52,749 bases of DNA from Patiriisocius sp. (GTDB taxonomy: Bacteria > Patescibacteriota > Minisyncoccia > Phycocordibacterales > UBA918). The stretch is taken from assembly GCA_047624725.1 (NCBI GenBank), contig JBLHQB010000002.1, forward strand, positions 1 through 52,749, read 5' to 3'. Below, in pieces: positions 46,401-52,749 of the stretch. Below the pieces are notes generated by a model, which saw nothing but the letters and a program-made list of their open reading frames with translations, was not told the origin of the DNA and made no database searches. Position 1 is the stretch's first letter. Each line of letters begins with the position of its first letter. A program made the position numbers and the translations under genes.

Positions 46401-47735
46401 CTAAAATGAATTACAAAATGTATCAGCATCAACTGAGTATTGCACATTTACTCCTGTATCAGATTGCTGAGCATTACTTAGGGCCAACACATCTTCTGGA
46501 GTAAGTGAGGCAAGCGTCTGGCCATTAACATTTGCGAAGTGCTCCTGATAAACACTTGGAGTACGTGCCGAGCTACCGTACGTATCTAGTTCAGAACTCC
46601 GCTGTGAGGCCTCTACAGTAGCCAGTGCAGCGTATGTTTCAATAATAGGAAGTGATGCACGGGTTATGTTTGTATATGGGCAGGTGTCGCTGCCTTGTGT
46701 GTATTCCCAGATACCGCTCCAATCAACCACTGCGTACGAAATATCAGTTCTGTCATACGTACACACTGCAGTGAGGTCAGCAGCACTGGGTCCTTGGCCT
46801 TCTGTATTTAGTTGCAGATTTTCTGAACGAGCTTGCGGGTGGGTGTTAATGATGTGCACGTCAGTAACATTTGTTGCAAGCAGTAGATCTAAGACATCCT
46901 CATCATATGAAATATGGTTTGCGCTACTCAGGTCAGTAATATTTTGCCAGTGAGTAGCACCAACATTGTCTTTATATAGCACATATGCAGCTTGTACCGT
47001 CTCTACGCGGTTTGCGAACTGCAGGGTCTGCATGCCACTTTCGCAGGTCGCATTGGTAGATATGTTTGGTACCGTGTACTGCGCACGAGGCTCTCCGGCG
47101 TAGGTTGTAAATGCCGCGCTGTCTCTACCTGTGCCAAAGATAAGATCCGCGATACTAAGTCCTGTCGTATCAGATCCAGATCCCGAATTCCCACCAGAAC
47201 CTGTTGATCCTGAGTTCCCGTTGTTTGTATTGCTTCCAGACCCTGAACTCCCGCTAGACCCTCCTGTTGTATTTGTACCCGGTGGCCCGTAGTTAGGATG
47301 GTTAGTTCCTTCAGGAAAAGATCCCCCCGAGAAGGATCCTCGACTATTGTTGCCACATAATCCATCTAAGTAATCAGGACACAACGAATCATCAGAATCT
47401 ATACCGACACCCTGTACAATAATATTTACAATACCCCATATCGTCAAAAGAAGCACAAAAGCAGCAATCCCATAAAACGCACTACGCTTTGCTTTGTCTC
47501 GGTCACTCTCATTTGCTCCGCCGATAATAAAGTATCGGACGATATTGATCATGAAGAAGAGGAACGCAATCCCAAAGAAGAAGGGAAGGAGGATGTGATT
47601 GATGAAGAGGCTTACGGTAACCAGTAGTTCTTGTGCAGTACTCCCTTGTGCAAAGGTAATAAAAGGAAGTAAAAAGAGTATCCCGGTTAGTAGTGAATAC
47701 TTTTTGTACGAGTTGCGCGTATAGATGTTTTTCAT
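46401..47735 (-). CDS. T4SS-pilin-like (VirB2/TrbC-type two-helix) N-terminal domain fused to a Gly/Ser linker and a ~250-aa C-terminal domain
   Basis: Signal peptide ...PFITFAQG, then LLPFFFGIAFLFFMINIVRYFIIGGANESDRDKAKRSAFYGIAAFVLLLTIWGIVNIIV. This follows the helix - GG..(s)..KAK - helix pattern of Gram-positive/CPR T4SS pilins. The ATG at 47735 follows TATTAT-N6. Confidence 0.55.
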   Translation of the reverse strand: MKNIYTRNSYKKYSLLTGILFLLPFITFAQGSTAQELLVTVSLFINHILLPFFFGIAFLFFMINIVRYFIIGGANESDRDKAKRSAFYGIAAFVLLLTIWGIVNIIVQGVGIDSDDSLCPDYLDGLCGNNSRGSFSGGSFPEGTNHPNYGPPGTNTTGGSSGSSGSGSNTNNGNSGSTGSGGNSGSGSDTTGLSIADLIFGTGRDSAAFTTYAGEPRAQYTVPNISTNATCESGMQTLQFANRVETVQAAYVLYKDNVGATHWQNITDLSSANHISYDEDVLDLLLATNVTDVHIINTHPQARSENLQLNTEGQGPSAADLTAVCTYDRTDISYAVVDWSGIWEYTQGSDTCPYTNITRASLPIIETYAALATVEASQRSSELDTYGSSARTPSVYQEHFANVNGQTLASLTPEDVLALSNAQQSDTGVNVQYSVDADTFCNSF

Positions 47736-47887
47736 ATCACTATAATACCGCACTGTACCTATATACTGTGTAATCTAAACCCCATATTGACAAAGATGGA
47801 TTATTGTGTATAATATTGAGCAGTGAAAAGGGAATGATCCCAGAAAATAGTTGTCATAGAACGACATGAACATTTGAGGTATAAAAA

Positions 47888-48106
47888 ATGAAGAATGATC
47901 GTATTCACCGAAATCTTTCACGGATGCCAACCCCAGTTGAAGACACTTGGGAAGACCGGGTTGTAGATTTTAAAAATTCGGTTGTTTCCGAATTTAAGCA
48001 GCAACCATTGAATATGGTATGCATGACTGCATTTGTATTGATTGTTGTCGCAGTGATTTTTTATGTATTGGGAATCTATTTCCCAACGTTTGATCCGTCA
48101 CGTTGA
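47888..48106 (+). CDS. Hypothetical small membrane protein
   Basis: 72 aa with a C-terminal TM helix and a terminator hairpin at 48116-48143. Confidence 0.45.
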   Translation: MKNDRIHRNLSRMPTPVEDTWEDRVVDFKNSVVSEFKQQPLNMVCMTAFVLIVVAVIFYVLGIYFPTFDPSR

Positions 48107-48331
48107 AATGATGCCAGGCCCGCAAGAATTTGCGGGCCTTTTATTTTTTTAACCCCTTACATTTTCTACATTTATTTGGTATAGTAGCGGTCACTTGTGG
48201 GTTCACACGAGTACGCAGGTTAGAATAAGATACAAAGCGATAATCGTTTCCCGTCTGCGGCTGTAAGCAAAAGCTTCCATCCGCTGTGTTCAGAAACAAT
48301 ATAAAAGTAAACTTTGATATTTTCTTCACTT

Positions 48332-48404
48332 GCGGCTGTAGCTCAGTTGGTAGAGCAGTCGCCTGATACGCGAAAGGTCCTAAGTTCAAATCTTAGCAGC
48401 CGCA
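48332..48404 (+). tRNA. tRNA-Ile (anticodon GAT), CCA not encoded
   Basis: Cloverleaf read by hand: acceptor GCGGCTG/CAGCCGC, D arm GCTC-AGTTGGTA-GAGC, anticodon arm GTCGC-CTGATAC-GCGAA (one G-A mismatch at 27:43), T arm CTAAG-TTCAAAT-CTTAG, discriminator A. A TGGTATAGT promoter-like box lies at 48177-48185. Confidence 0.85.
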
Positions 48405-48656
48405 CAAACGGGCAGAATAGAAAAACACCATCCGTATGGATGGTGTTTTTCTATTCTAGCAAGTGACCTGCGTCACTTGCGGCCCGTTTGTGAAGCGGAG
48501 CGTTGTGAGAAGCCTCTCCTTGGCGACGAACAGCGAGCTCGGGGAGGAAGTTCTTATGAACGTAGTGAATTAGAAACTTGACCCCAAAAGCCCCCCCCAT
48601 TGACGCACCCCTCAGATATGGTTATATAGCTTTAGGTTGCAAAAGGAGTAATGCAC

Positions 48657-48998
48657 ATGAAGACTGGCATAAAGACTCGTCGTGAGTCTCAGCACGCTGA
48701 TGACTTCATCAGTAAACGCACGGCACGCAAAAACCGGCCACAGCTCACAGTGGGAGATACTAAAATTCACGGGAAAGTCGTCCATTTTATTTCCAGTAAA
48801 GGGTGTGGATTTATACAGCCGTCTAGTGGCGCTGCACGAATTCACTTCTCAATGGATAATGTCCCAGACGACAGAAAGAAATGTGTCGGCGTTGGAAGAG
48901 TGGTGTATCTTGATGTTCTTCAAGGGAAGCCGATTGTACGAAGGAAAACAAAACGGCCAACATTGACTGCTAAAATTCGATCAACCAAACAGGGATAA
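48657..48998 (+). CDS. Cold-shock-domain-like small nucleic-acid-binding protein with basic N- and C-terminal tails
   Basis: GKVVHFISSKGCGFIQP resembles the CspA RNP1 region (G.V.WF...KGFGFI.P). SD AAGGAG lies 8 nt before the ATG at 48657. The promoter is TTGACG-N17-TATATA at 48601-48629. Confidence 0.5.
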   Translation: MKTGIKTRRESQHADDFISKRTARKNRPQLTVGDTKIHGKVVHFISSKGCGFIQPSSGAARIHFSMDNVPDDRKKCVGVGRVVYLDVLQGKPIVRRKTKRPTLTAKIRSTKQG

Positions 48999-49157
48999 AC
49001 AAAAATGGTATGCACCACGCATACCCTTTTCTTCTTACAAGGTTCAACCTTGTAAGCCCCCCCCCTTTTTCGTCTTTGCGAGGCCACAGCCGTGGCAATC
49101 TAGCGCCAACACCCCCAACCCCTTTCTTTTTCCCCTCTAATTCATTACACTACACCC

Positions 49158-50477
49158 ATGTTACACACAGACTATTTCAAAGATAAAAAGGTGACCGTTA
49201 TGGGGCTCGGTCTTCTTGGGCGTGGCGTTGGTGACGCAGCCTACATCGCGAAAGCCGGAGCCTCAGAGGTGATCGTTACTGACTTGAAGTCTGAGACCGA
49301 ACTAGCTTCTTCTATTGAGCAACTCAAAGAATACAAAAACATCACATTCGTATTAGGCGAACACCGTAGAGAAGACTTCCAAAACCGCGATATGATCTTG
49401 GTTGCAGCGGGGGTACCTATGAACTCAGAATACCTTGCGTACGCAAACGAAGCACAGATTCCCCTGAAGCAATCAGCAGCACTCTTTGCTGAACTCGCAC
49501 AGGTGCCTATTGTAGGAGTCACAGGGACCCGTGGGAAGAGTACGGTGACGCAGATGATCCACCACACGTTGAGTCTCGCTACAGGCGAACCTATCCTTCT
49601 TGGTGGAAACATCCGTGGCGTATCAAATCTCCAACTTCTTAATGAAGTGACTGAAGATTCTTTGTGCGTTATGGAGCTTGATTCATGGCAGCTGCAAGGT
49701 TTTGGTTGGGCAGGCATCTCACCACAAATTGCCGTGTTCACGAATCTGATGGAAGATCATATGAATTACTATGGTGGCGACATGAATGCCTACTTCATGG
49801 ACAAAGCGAATATCTTCAAAAACCAAGAGGGGACAGGGGTGTTGGTGACCACACCTGAGGTGTTTGAATTATCTAAAGGTAAGGACATTACACTTCAGCA
49901 AGAAGTGATCCTTGCTGACAGTTCTGTGATCCCTGAGGACTGCCTGCTCGCGATGCCTGGTGAGCACAATCGTCTGAATGCAGCACTCGCATACGAAGCA
50001 CTCAAGGCCATCAGTCTTTCTGACGATATGATCTTCGAAGGCTTCGCAAGCTTTGGGGGTGTAGAGGGACGGCTTCAATATCTTAAAGAAGTTGATGGGG
50101 TAAAAATTTATAATGATAATAACGCTACTACACCAAATGCGACTATCGCAGGCATCAACGCAGTACAAAAAGGAAAGAACGTGATCCTCATCGCTGGAGG
50201 TGCATATAAGGAAGTAGACCCTAAGCCGTTGGTGGATCCTATTGCAACATTTGTAAAAGAAGTGATTCTGACCCCAGGGACAGGTACTGACATGCTGCTT
50301 GAGAAAGTGCCTGACGCACTAGTGGTTGAAAATCTAGAGCAGGCGATCGAGGAAGCGCGATTGGTCGCAGAGTCCGGTGATGTCATCCTCTTTAGTCCAG
50401 CATTCGCGTCATTCGGACAGTATGCAAACGAGTATGAGAGGAATGATGAGTTTGTTGATTTGATTGAGAAAATATAA
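49158..50477 (+). CDS. murD: UDP-N-acetylmuramoyl-L-alanine--D-glutamate ligase
   Basis: VMGLGLLGRGVGDA and GVTGTRGKSTV (P-loop), with Mur ligase middle and C-terminal domains. It lies adjacent to murC. Confidence 0.9.
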   Translation: MLHTDYFKDKKVTVMGLGLLGRGVGDAAYIAKAGASEVIVTDLKSETELASSIEQLKEYKNITFVLGEHRREDFQNRDMILVAAGVPMNSEYLAYANEAQIPLKQSAALFAELAQVPIVGVTGTRGKSTVTQMIHHTLSLATGEPILLGGNIRGVSNLQLLNEVTEDSLCVMELDSWQLQGFGWAGISPQIAVFTNLMEDHMNYYGGDMNAYFMDKANIFKNQEGTGVLVTTPEVFELSKGKDITLQQEVILADSSVIPEDCLLAMPGEHNRLNAALAYEALKAISLSDDMIFEGFASFGGVEGRLQYLKEVDGVKIYNDNNATTPNATIAGINAVQKGKNVILIAGGAYKEVDPKPLVDPIATFVKEVILTPGTGTDMLLEKVPDALVVENLEQAIEEARLVAESGDVILFSPAFASFGQYANEYERNDEFVDLIEKI

Positions 50478-50479
50478 AT

Positions 50480-51766
50480 ATGGCATCTATAAAAAAAACA
50501 CACTTCGTTGGAGTAGGAGGAATCGGTATGTCGGGCTTAGCCCGACTGTATTTGCATGAAGGTGCGACAGTAAGTGGTTCTGATATGACAGAGACAGAAA
50601 ACACCAAGAAACTTGAAAAAGAAGGTGTAGCTATTTCCTATGAGCAAGTAGCTGAAAATATTAGTTCGCGCTCTGAACTCGAACTTGTTGTGTACACCGA
50701 GGCAATGGCAGCGGATCACCCTGAACTTGTTGCAGCCCGCAATGCAGGGATTCGTACCGTGAACTACTTTGAAGCATTGGGAGAAGTTGCTAATGAGTAC
50801 TACTTGATCGCCGTTGCAGGAACTCACGGGAAGACAACCACCACTGCAATGCTTATCGATATTCTTGAAGAAGATAGTTTTGATCCGACGGCGATTGTAG
50901 GATCACTACGAACCAAGACAGGGAGTAACTTCCGCGCAGGGAAGAGTAAGTACTTTGTAGTTGAGGCGTGCGAGTACAAGCGAGATTTTCTCACGTTGGT
51001 ACCCGACGTGCTGGTGATTACAAACATCGAACTGGATCACACTGATTACTATAAAGACCTTGAAGACGTACAGTCGGCATTCTCTGAGCTTGTGAACATG
51101 GTTCCTGAGGAAGGGGCGATTATCACGCTTGCTACCCACCCAAATATCCACCCCGTGCTCGAAAATGCACAGGCAAAGATTTTTGACTATAAAATTGAAA
51201 TCTTCCGATCACTCGCACTAAAGCAACCTGGGCTACATAACCGAATGAACGCAGGAGCAGCGCGCGCTGCAGCATTGGTACTCGGTGCTGATAAGAACAT
51301 CATCGGGGAAGCACTAGAAAACTTCGCAGGTACTGCACGCCGATTCGAATACAAAGGAGAGTGTAACGGAGCGAAGGTCTACGACGACTACGCGCATCAC
51401 CCAACAGCTATTGAGTTGGCAATCGCCGGCGCCCGCGAACTCTATCCGGAAAGAAAGGTGACAGTCGTATTCCAAAGTCATACCTACTCACGTACACATG
51501 AATTGTATGACGGTTTTGTCGATTCTTTAGCTAAGGCAGATCGAGTGTTGATGACACCTATCTATGCAGCGCGTGAAGAAAATGAATCAGGAGTATCTGC
51601 AGAGAAGCTATCACAAGCGATTGCAACAAAGGGAACTGAGTCATCATTTTTCCATACGCTTGATGCTGCAGGTCTTGCGGTTATAGAATCGGTATCATCA
51701 GATGATGTTGTTCTCGTTATGGGAGCTGGGGATATAACAAATGTTGCAACACAGTTGACCAGTTAA
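50480..51766 (+). CDS. murC: UDP-N-acetylmuramate--L-alanine ligase
   Basis: HFVGVGGIGMSGLA, AVAGTHGKTTTTAM, DDYAHHPTAI and MGAGDI. Confidence 0.92.
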   Translation: MASIKKTHFVGVGGIGMSGLARLYLHEGATVSGSDMTETENTKKLEKEGVAISYEQVAENISSRSELELVVYTEAMAADHPELVAARNAGIRTVNYFEALGEVANEYYLIAVAGTHGKTTTTAMLIDILEEDSFDPTAIVGSLRTKTGSNFRAGKSKYFVVEACEYKRDFLTLVPDVLVITNIELDHTDYYKDLEDVQSAFSELVNMVPEEGAIITLATHPNIHPVLENAQAKIFDYKIEIFRSLALKQPGLHNRMNAGAARAAALVLGADKNIIGEALENFAGTARRFEYKGECNGAKVYDDYAHHPTAIELAIAGARELYPERKVTVVFQSHTYSRTHELYDGFVDSLAKADRVLMTPIYAAREENESGVSAEKLSQAIATKGTESSFFHTLDAAGLAVIESVSSDDVVLVMGAGDITNVATQLTS

Positions 51767-51816
51767 TTGTCATGGGGTATTGTGCAAAGTAGTTAAGTAA
51801 CCAAAGGAGAAGACAA

Positions 51817-52269
51817 ATGGGTATTGATGTTTTTACTGGCGCGGGTCCATGTGGACCTCAGGCATACATTCCGACCACGATCATTGCAGTTGGGTTATCT
51901 GTCCCTATTAACTTTAACGGGGACTCATTGCTCATACAACAAATCGTACGTGAAAATCTTGCCAAGAAGACTCTTGTCGACACCATCGGAGTTGATGCAC
52001 CTACTGCATATGGCGTTGTCTGGGGTGACGATAGGGCAGATGAGGCATACGGATACAACGTTTGGTATTTTGCAGGGGCAGGTATTGGAGGTGGATGGAA
52101 TCGAGGTTCAACGTTTGAAGAGGATGTGGAAACATTTAAACGTTTTCCGTCCTGCTTACTTATCATCGAGAAGGATTTTTATTCCCGATTAGAGAAAATG
52201 GCAGAAGCTGCAGGTTCGAAGATTCAGATGCTTGAATTTGAGCATCCTGATCTTTTGGGTCTTAGATAA
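51817..52269 (+). CDS. Hypothetical protein
   Basis: 150-aa ORF with SD AAGGAG 6 nt upstream and a terminator hairpin at 52275-52304. No motif recognised. Confidence 0.5.
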   Translation: MGIDVFTGAGPCGPQAYIPTTIIAVGLSVPINFNGDSLLIQQIVRENLAKKTLVDTIGVDAPTAYGVVWGDDRADEAYGYNVWYFAGAGIGGGWNRGSTFEEDVETFKRFPSCLLIIEKDFYSRLEKMAEAAGSKIQMLEFEHPDLLGLR

Positions 52270-52379
52270 ATCATAAGGCACTACGTTCATACGTAGTGCC
52301 TTTTATTACGATATCCGCATGTGCACTTGTAACCTTTTTAAACTATAGCGTGTATAATACTCTGACAATTACATAACAG

Positions 52380-52502
52380 TATCCAGAGTACGGGAGAGGG
52401 ATTTGACCTTTTGACCCCGTCCGCAACCTCTTGCCTAAATGGTAATAAGGTGCGACATTCAACTAAAGTATTTCTTTAGGTAGATGCATGAAACTCCTGG
52501 AT
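52380..52502 (+). promoter_or_regulatory. SAM-I (S-box) riboswitch upstream of metK, with terminator expression platform
   Basis: P1 is ATCCAGAG ... CTCCTGGAT. Conserved core: GAGAGGGA-TTTGACC-TTTTGA-CCCCGTC-CGCAACC ... GGTGCGACATTCAAC. The terminator GGATGCACCC-TCG-TGGGTGCATTTTGTATTT (52499-52526) overlaps the 3' strand of P1. Confidence 0.8.
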
Positions 52503-52557
52503 GCACCCTCGTGGGTGCATTTTGTATTTGTACATAATAATTTAAGTACACAATAAT

Positions 52558-52749
52558 ATGATGAAAACAGCAGAATGCGTGTCTCCAGGGCATCCAGATA
52601 AAGTATGTGACCGAATTAGTGACGCAGTGCTTGATGCATATTTAACACAAGACCCTGCAAGTCGTGTGGCAGTTGAATCAATCGGTTCTCACGGAAAGGT
52701 GTGGGTGACAGGGGAGGTGACTACTACCGCAACTGATGTGGACGTGGTA
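52558..52749 (+). CDS. metK: S-adenosylmethionine synthetase, 3'-truncated at window edge
   Basis: [29 protein letters not shown]... contains the GHPDK(I/V)CD(Q/R)ISDA motif. The frame is open to the last base. Confidence 0.9.
   Translation, partial: MMKTAECVSPGHPDKVCDRISDAVLDAYLTQDPASRVAVESIGSHGKVWVTGEVTTTATDVDVV

Overview
The window looks like a chromosomal segment from a small-genome CPR/Patescibacteria (Parcubacteria-like) bacterium. This rests on my own reading only; no database search was run. Supporting signs are a short, divergent 16S (GTGCCAGCAGGAGCGGTAA in the 515 region), a 16S unlinked from 23S-5S, two ORF-less insertions in the 23S at classic group I intron sites, an archaeal-type UMP kinase, a type IV pilin and a T4SS-pilin-like protein.

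Most of the window is housekeeping:
- rpsF-ssb-rpsR, efp, an ECF sigma factor with a small membrane partner, recA and ftsK.
- An isolated rplJ-rplL pair.
- 23S-5S, then a vWA protein, a SEDS protein and three glycan-synthesis genes.
- A pilin, folD, secDF, pyrH, 16S, tRNA-Ile, murD-murC, and a SAM-I riboswitch in front of metK.

I found no CRISPR array, transposase, integrase or reverse transcriptase.

Things worth a second look:
1. A modular family of intergenic repeats (L/M/H/stem modules, at least 8 loci). Its hairpin arms co-vary between copies. Several copies are flanked by duplicated gene 3' ends (5S, vWA gene, rplL).
2. A six-gene module of exported, lipoprotein and RTX proteins at 38.9-43.8 kb. 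Every gene has a Shine-Dalgarno site, yet the resident 16S tail reads GGATTAATTCC instead of GGATCACCTCC. Most core genes have no SD, and several look leaderless (TATACT-N6-ATG).
3. A 26-30 bp perfect palindrome present three times around a TrpR-like regulator gene.
4. A conserved ~90-nt motif shared by the ssb-rpsR and rplJ-rplL spacers.

All functional calls come from motif recognition by eye. RNA ends and intron borders are approximate, roughly +/-10 nt.
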